A DNA stretch of 64,000 bases from Bacteroidota bacterium (GCA_023413895.1 JAEZOU010000053.1:1197-65196); one strand, 5' to 3'. Shown: positions 46,665 through 56,568, counted from the first letter of the stretch. The notes: generated from the letters alone by a model not told the origin. Numbers and translations: made by a program.

Positions 46665-49600
46665 TTATAGAATCGCAATTTTTTCTGTTTTTTCTGCAAT
46701 TTCTCCATTTGCATTTCTTACTTTTAATTTATATATGTAAACACCTTTCCCCAATTTGTCCCCAAAATCATCACGACCATCCCACGAAATAGGCTCACTA
46801 CGATTCCCTTTTGTAAGTTGTGATGAGGTTAGCGTTTTGACCAATTTTCCCGAGATGGTGAATATTTGAATAGTGATATCTAATTGAGTTCCAATGCGAT
46901 TGTGCTCAAAATAAAAATCTGTATGAGTAGTAAATGGATTAGGATAGTTAAGAACGTGCTCCAAAGTAAAATCTTCGTCCGAAACAACGGTAAAGTCGAT
47001 GGAGTTTTCAGAAACATTGTTGGCAATATCCCAAGCCCGAACTGTTAAGGTGTGATTTCCTATTGTAAGTTCTGATAAAGGATAACGAACTGTTCCGCAA
47101 TTGAAACTATCTTGTTCAGATAGATAATAATCGTTGAGAATAATCTGTTTATCAGTGTTGTTATCTAAAATGGCTACTAAATCATGCCCAATACCATTAC
47201 CTGTTGTGTTTATGCCAAATTCATCTTTTAATTTAACTAGTAGTAGTGCGTTGGGTGCTGTAGTTCCACCATTTACAAAACTTTCATCATTAATAAAAAT
47301 ATCAATTTCTGGTCCTCGTTTGTCTTCAATAGGATTTTCACTAATTCCACCTATAATAATTGTATTGGAATAGCCGGTTGCATCGGTTTGCTTATTTGTT
47401 GCATAGTAGCTTATTTTTCCATTTCCATAGGTGTAGTTAATATCTTTCGGAATGATAAAAGAGAATGAGAATTGACCATTGGTTACAGATGAATTTCCCT
47501 TAAAAAGAATGTTTTTCTGTTGCTCAAATTCAAAAGGTGCAATTTCAGAATCACTTACATCATTCAAAAGGGTAACCCCTTTGGTAGCTTTATCATAAAT
47601 AGAAGGAAATATATTTCCGTTGAAAGATGTGAGAATATTGCCCAATGTGTCAATAATTCTTCCTTTGATATCTACTTTGGAGAGTGCTTTTAGTGTATCG
47701 GTAAAGGTTTCTATGGGTTTTCCATTGATAGAATCTGTTACAATTTGAAATTCAGGAATATTCAGTGGTAATGATGGATCGCCTATTAGGTAAATCATAT
47801 TGATGGTTTCTGCTACACCTCCCATACTATTTTTTGCCATTTGATTAACCTCTCCTAAAGTTTGTTTGTGGTTGTCAATGGGATGGAAAATATGGGTTGC
47901 TAATGACCTTATATAGCTAGAATTAGGACCGATATAGGCTACTCGTGATGTAGTAATAAGGCCAACTCCACCTCCATTTTCGTTGAAGAAACTGAGCTCT
48001 GCAGGTGAGATAGATTTTCGGTCGTACCAACCAAATTCACACGACATAGTTGTGATGAGCGGTTGGTTATAGCGATTGCTCCATTTGTGGATGTCCGAAA
48101 TCTCTAAAATTCGTTCGTGAGCCCAACTTGCGCCGCTGCTGTGTCCAACGTATGAGTAAAGGAGCGCGCCGCGATTCATACGATTGTTCAATGCTGTGTT
48201 AACTTCGGGATAACGCTGCCCACCCGCAAATGATTCCTGTGGATATGCATCGCAATAAATTTTATCAAAATTGAAAGAGGGATAATTCTCTTTGATGATG
48301 TTAGCGCACGCTTCAGAAACAGAGATATGTTCATTCGCGTCTTCATCATCAGCTACAAAAGCAATAATATTGCGCCAATCTGCAAAGTTCGAAATCAATG
48401 TGGAATTTCCGTTGGTTAGGTCTGTTTTGGCGCTATAATCTATACTTTTTTGTACTGCGATGCGCGCTTGTGTTGAGTTGCTACATGGGAATCGCCCTAC
48501 GGCTACATCGATCAAACCTCGTAATGAGGTGCCTATAAGACCTTCGTTGTCATCTAAAAGTCCAAAATAGTCGTCAAAAGATCTGAAAAAACGTTCGCTT
48601 ACTTCTTTATTATATTGATAATTAGGAACATAGCATTTAGTTCCTTCCGAAATTTCTCTGTAATCATACGATGGTCTTCCCATTAATAAGAGATATTTTG
48701 GAAATTCTCCGTTACTTTTTTTGTACATCATTCGCATATAATCGCGAATAGCAGTCGGATCTAATGCACCTGACGAAAATTCGTTGTAAACTTGTGTCGT
48801 TGTAGCTACTATTGTCGATAGTCCGTTTGCCCGTTTATGTTTGGCTAAACGTTCTGCTTGATCAAGAAAATTAGGATGGGTAATAATAACTAACTCAGCA
48901 AAACTTCCGTGCAAATTCTGGTTAGTAACATGTTCTTCAGAAGTTACAGTGTGAAAATAACCGCCATTGAAAGCAAGGAAGTATCGAAGCGAGTCTGCAG
49001 TCGCTTTAAATGTAAAGATATCACCATTTAATTCGCCTTGCATTAATATTGGTGTGGTATGGTCGGTAATATCCCAAACCATAGTTTGTGTGTTTGCATT
49101 GCTGATGCGGTATTGGTTTATTACGCTAGTTCCTATTGAATTAGGTTGGCAAAATGGAACTTGATTTGTGAACATTGTAAGTTGTGCTTCCGCCTGAAAT
49201 TCAAACCAATCTAAATGAGCTACCGCTGAAGAGTGAGGTTTGCTGTATGTGAAATTGAGAGTCATCGGTGAGGTAATATTACCTACGTTCAGGGTTTTAT
49301 TACTTATCTTAAGAAGGTCATCGCTAAAGGTTCCTGCCAAACTCATTCGACCTACATTGGTTCCATTTGCAGTGATATCAAAGTATGAAGTTGACGAAGT
49401 GGTACTTCCTGCATTAACAATTAATTTTCCGCCCGCAGGTGTTAGTGGCGGAATAGTTAAGGTATAGTTTTTTTGTGTAACCATATCGAAACCTTCATCA
49501 AACCAGTGGCGCCCCGATTCTCCAAAGTTTTTGACATCATTTTCATAAAATTGATAGTGCTTGAAGGTGTTGATGGTCTGCGTAGCTGTTAAACCGCTAT

Positions 49601-50507
49601 TATCTTGTTTTAAAATACGCTTTTTCTCTCCAATTCCAGCATCAATGCAGATAAAATAGTAGGCTTTTAAGGAGTAGATGTTGTATTGGTGAGAAAATGT
49701 GTTATCAGATTCGTTAAATTTCCAAGTATGAGGTCCTTGCGCATAAAAAATTATGTAATCCCCGTTATCGAAAGTTCCATCATTGCCATCAGCCACCAAG
49801 ATGGAGATCTCTTGCAAATCGTCTAGACGTGGGTCACTATTAGTTTCGGAAAGCATTCCTCCACCATTCCCAAAAATGGCAATCTGGTTTGAGGCAATGT
49901 TGCCGCTTAAGATTCCCATATCTACTAATTCCGAATGTGTAATTTTATGAATGCCAGTGTTTACAACGGATATTTTATGCCAATTTCCAAATGCTAAAAT
50001 AGATTGGTTTACATAATCTTTTTGTGAAGAATTTCCTTTGTTGCTAATTATCCCTTGAATTGAAATTGTACAAGAGATAACTTTACGATAATTTCCCTTC
50101 TCGCCTAATATGGGAATGAAACGAATTGTAGTGTAATTTTTTTTGTTGGCACATTCCGTTCTCACTTCCAAATTTAAACTATTTTGTGCAAAATTTTCAG
50201 GAATTAATCCCTTTTCTTTAGAAGAAAGTGGTAAAGTTTGGATATCCGTTACGCTAAATTGGTAGGAATCGAAAAAGTTTTCAACAGAAAATTTGTCAAA
50301 AAAGAGGGGTAAAGTGGTAAAGGTTTCGTCAACTAAAGCCCCTTCAAAGTTGAGAATTTCGATGGATTTGTCAGGAGAAATCTCAATTTTTGTACTATTT
50401 TTCCACTGAATATGATAGGTTTTGGAAAAATTATTTGCCTGAATGTCAAATAATTGGAATAAAAATGCAATAAAAGTTATTATTACTACCCAAGATTTTG
50501 ATTTCAT
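46665..50507 (-). CDS. porU: T9SS C-terminal signal peptidase/sortase PorU (peptidase C25-like)
   Basis: 1280 aa. Gingipain-like His (YVGHSSGASW) and Cys (TTMSCEFGW) contexts. Own C-terminal CTD (YPNPFTT...GVYIYKLKV). porU-porV synteny. Confidence 0.9.
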   Translation of the reverse strand: MKSKSWVVIITFIAFLFQLFDIQANNFSKTYHIQWKNSTKIEISPDKSIEILNFEGALVDETFTTLPLFFDKFSVENFFDSYQFSVTDIQTLPLSSKEKGLIPENFAQNSLNLEVRTECANKKNYTTIRFIPILGEKGNYRKVISCTISIQGIISNKGNSSQKDYVNQSILAFGNWHKISVVNTGIHKITHSELVDMGILSGNIASNQIAIFGNGGGMLSETNSDPRLDDLQEISILVADGNDGTFDNGDYIIFYAQGPHTWKFNESDNTFSHQYNIYSLKAYYFICIDAGIGEKKRILKQDNSGLTATQTINTFKHYQFYENDVKNFGESGRHWFDEGFDMVTQKNYTLTIPPLTPAGGKLIVNAGSTTSSTSYFDITANGTNVGRMSLAGTFSDDLLKISNKTLNVGNITSPMTLNFTYSKPHSSAVAHLDWFEFQAEAQLTMFTNQVPFCQPNSIGTSVINQYRISNANTQTMVWDITDHTTPILMQGELNGDIFTFKATADSLRYFLAFNGGYFHTVTSEEHVTNQNLHGSFAELVIITHPNFLDQAERLAKHKRANGLSTIVATTTQVYNEFSSGALDPTAIRDYMRMMYKKSNGEFPKYLLLMGRPSYDYREISEGTKCYVPNYQYNKEVSERFFRSFDDYFGLLDDNEGLIGTSLRGLIDVAVGRFPCSNSTQARIAVQKSIDYSAKTDLTNGNSTLISNFADWRNIIAFVADDEDANEHISVSEACANIIKENYPSFNFDKIYCDAYPQESFAGGQRYPEVNTALNNRMNRGALLYSYVGHSSGASWAHERILEISDIHKWSNRYNQPLITTMSCEFGWYDRKSISPAELSFFNENGGGVGLITTSRVAYIGPNSSYIRSLATHIFHPIDNHKQTLGEVNQMAKNSMGGVAETINMIYLIGDPSLPLNIPEFQIVTDSINGKPIETFTDTLKALSKVDIKGRIIDTLGNILTSFNGNIFPSIYDKATKGVTLLNDVSDSEIAPFEFEQQKNILFKGNSSVTNGQFSFSFIIPKDINYTYGNGKISYYATNKQTDATGYSNTIIIGGISENPIEDKRGPEIDIFINDESFVNGGTTAPNALLLVKLKDEFGINTTGNGIGHDLVAILDNNTDKQIILNDYYLSEQDSFNCGTVRYPLSELTIGNHTLTVRAWDIANNVSENSIDFTVVSDEDFTLEHVLNYPNPFTTHTDFYFEHNRIGTQLDITIQIFTISGKLVKTLTSSQLTKGNRSEPISWDGRDDFGDKLGKGVYIYKLKVRNANGEIAEKTEKIAIL

Positions 50508-50623
50508 TTATCGTTTTATTTAATGCAAAAAGTTATCAACAGTATGAAGATTATGAACTGCAAAAATGCAAAAAAATTACACTGAAAGAGCCTTTTTTGC
50601 TTGATAAAAATTAGAAAAATGAA

Positions 50624-50631
50624 TACTTTTG
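50624..50631 (+). promoter_or_regulatory. Bacteroidota -7 box
   Basis: TACTTTTG, 23 nt upstream of ATG 50655. It lies within the track ORF extension. Confidence 0.6.
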
Positions 50632-50654
50632 CCCCGCAATTTATAATAAGTAGT

Positions 50655-51644
50655 ATGCAACGAAGAATTATACCAATTTTAGTTGTGCTTTTGTTTGTTT
50701 CTTTGCTTCCTGCAAAGGCGCAAGATGCACATTTTTCGCAGTTTTATGCTAATCCACTTTATCTAAATCCTGCGATGGCAGGTACCAATGTGTGCCCTCG
50801 TATCACTTTGAATTTCCGTGACCAATGGCCAGGAATGCAAGGTGAATTTCTTAGCTATTCTGCTTCTTACGACCAACATTTTGATAAATTAGCAGGTGGT
50901 ATTGGTGTGATATTTTTTGGCGACCGCGCTGGTCAAGGAACTTTCAATACATACTCTGCAAGTTTTATGTACTCCTTTAAGTTGAAAGTAAGCAGAAAAT
51001 TTAATATGCGTTTCGCCCTCTCCGCAGGCTATTATCAAACTACCTTGAATTGGGATAAACTGACTTTCGGAGATATGATCGACCCCAAATATGGCTTTAT
51101 TTGGAATACCAATGAGCAACGACCTAGTGATTTGACAAAAGGTCAATTCGATTGCTCCGCAGGTTTCTTGGGCTATACCAAAAATTTCTACTTCGGTGTT
51201 GCAGCTCATCACCTTGTGCCAATGTATGTCGGTTTTATCACCGATACCTACAGAGTGCCAGTGAAATGGACAGCTCACGTAGGAGGTAATTTCGATTTGA
51301 AGCGTAAAAGTAAAAAAGAAACATCGTTCGGTGATATTTCCATTAGCCCTAACATCATTTATCAACACCAATTGGAAGCTCATTACCTTCACGAAGGTTT
51401 CTATTTGAATTTTTATCCTTTTACAGTAGGACTTTGGTTGCGCCATAGTTTCGATAATATTGATGCCGTAATCTTTACTTGTGGTATCCAACACGAAATG
51501 ATTAGAGTAGGCTATTCGTATGATATTACAGCATCTAAATTGTCAGGCCATACCCAAGGTTCTCACGAGGTTTCATTGCAGTTCTTGTTGCCTTGTCCTC
51601 GTAAAGTACGACATATTAAAGACTTAAAATGTCCAACATACTAA
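50655..51644 (+). CDS. PorP/SprF family T9SS membrane protein
   Basis: Hallmark N-terminus AQDAHFSQFYANPLYLNPAMAG after the signal peptide. Beta-barrel-like remainder. Confidence 0.9.
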   Translation: MQRRIIPILVVLLFVSLLPAKAQDAHFSQFYANPLYLNPAMAGTNVCPRITLNFRDQWPGMQGEFLSYSASYDQHFDKLAGGIGVIFFGDRAGQGTFNTYSASFMYSFKLKVSRKFNMRFALSAGYYQTTLNWDKLTFGDMIDPKYGFIWNTNEQRPSDLTKGQFDCSAGFLGYTKNFYFGVAAHHLVPMYVGFITDTYRVPVKWTAHVGGNFDLKRKSKKETSFGDISISPNIIYQHQLEAHYLHEGFYLNFYPFTVGLWLRHSFDNIDAVIFTCGIQHEMIRVGYSYDITASKLSGHTQGSHEVSLQFLLPCPRKVRHIKDLKCPTY

Positions 51645-51710
51645 AATTAAAACCATTACCAATAATAAATTAAGTAAAGTCTCGTTAAAGTAAATATTAG
51701 ATTTAAAATT

Positions 51711-53201
51711 ATGAATAAGCACATCAAATTATTGTTTTTCTTACTGATTGCATTCTCAATGGTAACGCTTTCTTCTTGTAAAAGAGAGTATTCCTCTAAT
51801 ACAGGTTGGAGATACAACGATCCAGAGCAAGGCGGTTTTGAAGTATATCCGTTTGTAGAACAAGAAACAGGTCCTGGTCTTGTACTTATTGAAGGTGGTA
51901 CCTTTATTATGGGTGCTGTAGAACAAGATGTTATGTATGATTGGAACAATACACCTCGCCGAGTAACTGTTTCTTCATTCTATATTGACGAATGTGAAGT
52001 AAGCAATATCAATTACCTTGAATATTTAAATTGGTTGGATCGCGTGTTCACTCCTGCAGATTTGAAAATCGTTTACGATAATGCTCTTCCTGATGAGAAT
52101 GTATGGCGTGATCGTTTGGGATATGCAGAAAGTGAAGTAGAATACTATTTTCGCTATCCTGCATACAGAAATTATCCCGTTGTGGGTGTAAATTGGTTGC
52201 AAGCAGTTAACTATGCTGCTTGGCGTACTGACCGTGTGAATGAAAAAATTCTTGCAGATTTGGGTTATATCACTTGGAATACCGAGCCAAGCGCAGAAGG
52301 ATATTTCAATACTGACGCTTATCTAACATACGGTGATGATGCTTACGAAGCACTTGGTGATCGCCGTTTGCAATATATCACCACAGGAGATTATAGAAAT
52401 GTGAAGATGGAAGATGGTATCCTTTTGCCAAAATATCGTCTCCCCACCGAAGCAGAATGGGAATATGCAGCATACGGCTTAATTGGAAATACACTTAACG
52501 AGCGCGTTCTAGAAAGAAAAGTTTATCCTTGGAATGGAGAATTCGTTCGTACTGATGATAAAAAATATTATGGTGATATGGTAGCAAACTTCCGCCGCGG
52601 TAGAGGTGACTATATGGGAGTTGCTGGTCACTTGAACGATGCAGCAGAAAAATTAGCTCCTGTTATCTCTTATTGGCCAAACGATTACGGTTTGTATAAT
52701 ATGGCTGGTAACGTAGCAGAATGGGTAATGGATGTGTATCGTCAAAATTCATTGGATGATATGACAGAACTAAACCCATTCAGAGGTAACTACTATGAAA
52801 CAAAGAAACTTCTTGAAGATGGAACTGTTGAGGAAAGAGATAGCGTAGGTAGAGTTCCTATGGTGCCAGTTTCTGACTTCAAAAATGATAGACGTAGAAA
52901 CTATCGCTCTGCAGATAATAAAAACTATTTGGATGGTGACTGGGCTTCACTTCAAAACTTCTCTGATGTAGAGGATGTCCCTGGTACATCTACTGAAAAT
53001 ATGTATAGAAAAAGAGTGGAAGATTATTCATTCTCTTTGATCGGTGACCAAGCAAGAGTTTATAAAGGTGGCTCTTGGAGAGATCCTCAATATTGGTGTG
53101 CTCCTGGTCATAGAAGATATTTAGATGAAGATGAAGCAACAGATTATATTGGATTCCGTTGCGCAATGGCTCGCCTCGGTTCACCAACTAGTAGCAAATA
53201 A
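51711..53201 (+). CDS. gldJ: Gliding motility lipoprotein GldJ (FGE/sulfatase-modifying-factor-like fold)
   Basis: Lipobox LSSC. NTGWRYNDPEQGGFE, GGTFIMG, NVAEWV motifs. Adjacent to porU, as in Flavobacterium. Confidence 0.88.
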   Translation: MNKHIKLLFFLLIAFSMVTLSSCKREYSSNTGWRYNDPEQGGFEVYPFVEQETGPGLVLIEGGTFIMGAVEQDVMYDWNNTPRRVTVSSFYIDECEVSNINYLEYLNWLDRVFTPADLKIVYDNALPDENVWRDRLGYAESEVEYYFRYPAYRNYPVVGVNWLQAVNYAAWRTDRVNEKILADLGYITWNTEPSAEGYFNTDAYLTYGDDAYEALGDRRLQYITTGDYRNVKMEDGILLPKYRLPTEAEWEYAAYGLIGNTLNERVLERKVYPWNGEFVRTDDKKYYGDMVANFRRGRGDYMGVAGHLNDAAEKLAPVISYWPNDYGLYNMAGNVAEWVMDVYRQNSLDDMTELNPFRGNYYETKKLLEDGTVEERDSVGRVPMVPVSDFKNDRRRNYRSADNKNYLDGDWASLQNFSDVEDVPGTSTENMYRKRVEDYSFSLIGDQARVYKGGSWRDPQYWCAPGHRRYLDEDEATDYIGFRCAMARLGSPTSSK

Positions 53202-53210
53202 TCTAAAATA

Positions 53211-53246
53211 ACATAAAAGGCAACCTTGGAAGGTTGCCTTTTATGT
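53211..53246. terminator. Bidirectional terminator, perfect 16-bp palindromic stem
   Basis: acataaaaggcaacct-tgga-aggttgccttttatgt, between convergent gldJ and the 53263-54522 gene. Confidence 0.85.
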
Positions 53247-53262
53247 TTGTTATAGAATTAAA

Positions 53263-54522
53263 TTATTGTAAAGCCATAATCTGCACTCCTGAGCTGTTGT
53301 GTTGCAAGGTTATGAATTCGCCACCATATTGTTCCGCATATCTGCGAAGTTCGCTAATAGTAAGTTCGTACTCGTCTGATGTGTTACAACAGCGGAGAAG
53401 TGCACCGTCCATAATGTGTAGTGGGTGAATAATGAGCTTTGACTCTCTTTCTAGTTCCAAATCGTAGAATGGGAATGGCGTGGTAATTGAGGCTCTAAAT
53501 CCCACTTCATCAGGCCAACCTAATGTGTAATCTTCTAAAATTCCACACGCCTCTAAAGTGCGAAAGGTATCTGGGAAACGGAGTTTCAGAAAATGTTGCC
53601 GACTTTTGGTAATAGGTTTACCTACTATTTCTTCCAATCGGGCTTTCTCTTTTGCTACGAGTGAGGGCTTTTCAAGTGTGTAATAAGAGGGGTGTAGACC
53701 AATATCAGAAAATGTTTGTAACTGCTGGATAAGTTCGCGAAATGCCTTGCTGCGGAAATTTATGTTTCTGTCATATTTCCCAAAAGGTGCCGTAAGTATG
53801 AAATGAATAGGACGAACGGAATTTTTCTTTGCAATCTCTTCGTGATGAGCAAAGGTGTTAAAATCATCGTCTATTGTATTGATAAACAGTGATTTTGTTA
53901 ATTTTGTTGCACTGCCAATGTCAAACTTGAGAATAGCTTTTGCCAGTGAACCACAAAAACGAATAGGTGTTTTCCCTTTGTAGCGATATGCAATGTCCAC
54001 ATCAAAAGTAGGTAGGAAATGGTATTTCTGTTGCTGATATTTCCATTTTGGAAATTGTTTTTGCACTAAAGTTGCTATTGCTTCTGCAATAAGATTGACT
54101 ATCGGAATGCGATGAAATCCTAATTGGTATGCAACCGAATCTATGATGCGAAATCTTCCGTGTTCATCATGGCGAGTTCCCTCTATATACTCTTCATACC
54201 TTGTAACCAAGTAAAAGCATACTGCAAAAGGATCGAAAGGAAGAGCAGATAGGGGAGTTGGAAAGAATAGATGAAAATGATTCCATTCAACAATTTCGAT
54301 AGGTTGTTTTTTTATTCCCTTTTCAAAAAGAAGTGAAACAGGCTGAATGTGAATTCCTTCGCCACATTGTTCTTGGCAATATGAAATCTTAGGCCCAACG
54401 TAGTTTAAAAACTCCTCCTTATTATTAGTAATATAAACCTCCGTTCCCAAAATTTGCTTCCATATTAAATTCATGATGAAGTGAATTCGAGGGTTTTCTT
54501 GGGAAACGTATAGGTAAAGCAT
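53263..54522 (-). CDS. Conserved hypothetical protein, polysaccharide-deacetylase (CE4/NodB)-like
   Basis: 419 aa. TFDVDIAY and GLHPSYY resemble NodB motifs 1 and 2. The assignment is tentative. Confidence 0.45.
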   Translation of the reverse strand: MLYLYVSQENPRIHFIMNLIWKQILGTEVYITNNKEEFLNYVGPKISYCQEQCGEGIHIQPVSLLFEKGIKKQPIEIVEWNHFHLFFPTPLSALPFDPFAVCFYLVTRYEEYIEGTRHDEHGRFRIIDSVAYQLGFHRIPIVNLIAEAIATLVQKQFPKWKYQQQKYHFLPTFDVDIAYRYKGKTPIRFCGSLAKAILKFDIGSATKLTKSLFINTIDDDFNTFAHHEEIAKKNSVRPIHFILTAPFGKYDRNINFRSKAFRELIQQLQTFSDIGLHPSYYTLEKPSLVAKEKARLEEIVGKPITKSRQHFLKLRFPDTFRTLEACGILEDYTLGWPDEVGFRASITTPFPFYDLELERESKLIIHPLHIMDGALLRCCNTSDEYELTISELRRYAEQYGGEFITLQHNSSGVQIMALQ

Positions 54523-54531
54523 ATTTAGATT

Positions 54532-55848
54532 TTAGATGATTTCTCCTAAAAGTGTTCCTGCGGTGCAATCGTTGATAATAACGTTAACGTATGTGCCCAA
54601 TTGAGCCTCTTTTCTTGGAAAAACAACCACTTTGTTTTGTGATGTTCTACCAAAAAGGTCATTTTCAGAACGTTTGGAAACGCCTTCTACTAAAACGGTG
54701 AATTTTTTTCCGATATCTTTTCGATTGCTTATAAGCGATAACTCTTGCTGAAGATTGATAATTTCTTCCAAGCGACGCCCTTTCACTTCATCGGGTACGT
54801 CATCTTCAAATTTTTCAGCAGATTTTGTGCCTTCACGAACAGAATATTTAAACATATAGGCAGCGCAATATTCAACTTCTCTCATAATAGAGAGTGTTTC
54901 TTGATGGTCCTCTTCGGTTTCGCTGCAAAAGCCAGCGATAATGTCTGTTGATATGGCACAATCAGGCATAACCGATTTGATAGTTCTAACTCGTTCAAGG
55001 TAATATTCTCGATCATAAACACGATTCATTTTTTTTAGTATGCGTGAACTACCCGACTGAACAGGTAAATGGATATACTTGCAAAGATTGTCATACTTTG
55101 CAATAGTGTGAATCAGTTTATCAGAAATATCTTTCGGGTGTGAAGTAGCAAATCTTACGCGCAATTCGGGTGAAAGTAGAGCAATCTGTTCCATAAGGTC
55201 TGCAAAATCGGTCTCTTTGCCCTCTTCATTCCAATGATATGAGTTTACATTTTGTCCCAAAAGGGTAACCTCTTTGTAGCCATCGCGAATCAGTTGTTTT
55301 GCCTCTTCGATAATAGTTTGCGGGTCACGGCTTCTCTCTCTTCCACGTGTGTAGGGCACTACACAATAGGAGCAGAAATTGTTACATCCTCGCATAATGG
55401 AGATAAATGCAGAGATTTTGTTTCCATCGTAGCGTACGGGCATAATATTGTCGTAGGTTTCCTCTTTCGATAGCAGTACATTGAAACTCAATTCACCCTT
55501 GTCTGCTTTAGCAATCAACTCAGGTAATGTTCGGTAGGCATCAGGTCCTGCAATAAAGTCCAAAGCTTTTTCTTCCTCCAATAGTTGCTCTTTGATTCGT
55601 TCTGCCATGCAACCTAATAAACCAATAAGTAATTGGTTATTATGTTTTTTTAATGATTGTAGTTCGCGCAAACGTTTCCGAATTCGCTGTTCGGCATTGT
55701 CGCGGATAGAACAGGTGTTTAACAAAATTAAATCTGCCGATTTTATATCTTCGGTAATTGTGTAAGTACCTGACAAAATTGATGCAACAACTTCGCTGTC
55801 AGCAACATTCATTTGACATCCGTAAGTTTCTATAAATAACTTTTTCAT
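54532..55848 (-). CDS. miaB: tRNA-i6A37 methylthiotransferase MiaB (radical SAM)
   Basis: ETYGCQMN N-terminus, CNNFCSYCVVP radical-SAM cluster, TRAM C-terminus. Confidence 0.93.
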   Translation of the reverse strand: MKKLFIETYGCQMNVADSEVVASILSGTYTITEDIKSADLILLNTCSIRDNAEQRIRKRLRELQSLKKHNNQLLIGLLGCMAERIKEQLLEEEKALDFIAGPDAYRTLPELIAKADKGELSFNVLLSKEETYDNIMPVRYDGNKISAFISIMRGCNNFCSYCVVPYTRGRERSRDPQTIIEEAKQLIRDGYKEVTLLGQNVNSYHWNEEGKETDFADLMEQIALLSPELRVRFATSHPKDISDKLIHTIAKYDNLCKYIHLPVQSGSSRILKKMNRVYDREYYLERVRTIKSVMPDCAISTDIIAGFCSETEEDHQETLSIMREVEYCAAYMFKYSVREGTKSAEKFEDDVPDEVKGRRLEEIINLQQELSLISNRKDIGKKFTVLVEGVSKRSENDLFGRTSQNKVVVFPRKEAQLGTYVNVIINDCTAGTLLGEII

Positions 55849-55853
55849 ATTTG

Positions 55854-55861
55854 CAAAGATA
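55854..55861 (-). promoter_or_regulatory. Bacteroidota -7 box only 5 nt from the miaB ATG
   Basis: Minus strand reads TATCTTTG-CAAAT-ATG. Confidence 0.5.
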
Positions 55862-55906
55862 TATTTTTTGAGGCTGTGGTTGTCGAAAACATTTCTGCAA
55901 TTTTAG

Positions 55907-56482
55907 TTAGAGTTGACAAAGAAATGCTATCAGTTTTTTTATAGCTAATCCTCTATGACTGATTTCATTTTTTTTGTCAGCGGCCATTTCAGCAAAGGTT
56001 TCAGAAAAACCTTTGGGACGGAAAATGGGGTCGTAGCCAAAGCCCGCATTCCCTTTTTCATCTTCTATAATTTCACCTTCTACTTTTCCTTCAAAGAGGT
56101 ACTCTTTCTCATCAATTATTAGGGCGATTACAGATCTGAAACGTGCAGTACGATCTTTTATACCTTGCATTTCTAACAAAACTTTGCGCATATTATCCTC
56201 AAACGAGCAATTTTCGCCTGCGTAGCGAGCGGAATAAACACCAGGACGGCCTTCTAAAGCATCAATTTCCAATCCTGTGTCATCAGCAAAGCAGTTGCAA
56301 TGATATTTGTTATAGATGTAGCGAGCTTTTTGTAAGGCGTTTTCTTCTAAAGTGTTTCCTGTTTCTGGAATCTCTTCAAAACATTGAAGCTCAGAAATAC
56401 TTTTAATAGTAACTTTATCTCCTATAATATCCTGTACTTCAGAAAGTTTATGTTTGTTATGGGTAGCAAAATAGAAAGTCAT
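55907..56482 (-). CDS. rdgB: Non-canonical purine NTP pyrophosphatase (dITP/XTP pyrophosphatase)
   Basis: ATHNKHK, ADDTGLEIDAL, GFGYDPIF and SHRG motifs. Confidence 0.92.
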   Translation of the reverse strand: MTFYFATHNKHKLSEVQDIIGDKVTIKSISELQCFEEIPETGNTLEENALQKARYIYNKYHCNCFADDTGLEIDALEGRPGVYSARYAGENCSFEDNMRKVLLEMQGIKDRTARFRSVIALIIDEKEYLFEGKVEGEIIEDEKGNAGFGYDPIFRPKGFSETFAEMAADKKNEISHRGLAIKKLIAFLCQL

Positions 56483-56499
56483 TTTTCTTTTTTTAAAGA

Positions 56500-56550
56500 T
56501 AACAAAAAACCTGATGACATAAAATTACATCACCCAGGTTTGTTTTTTTG
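56500..56550 (-). terminator. Putative hairpin terminator after rpmF
   Basis: Two-part stem aacc/ggtt plus tgatg/catca, with T-runs on both flanks. Confidence 0.45.
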
Positions 56551-56568
56551 TAATAACCCTTATCAGGT

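Noticed and set aside
50889-51494. 201-aa antisense ORF inside the porP/sprF-like gene, long for an AT-rich genome
   Set aside because: It lies in exact codon register opposite the sense frame. Antisense stops can then arise only from sense TTA, CTA or TCA codons, which this gene rarely uses. The sense frame has a hallmark PorP/SprF N-terminus. The antisense product has no motif, signal or promoter box.
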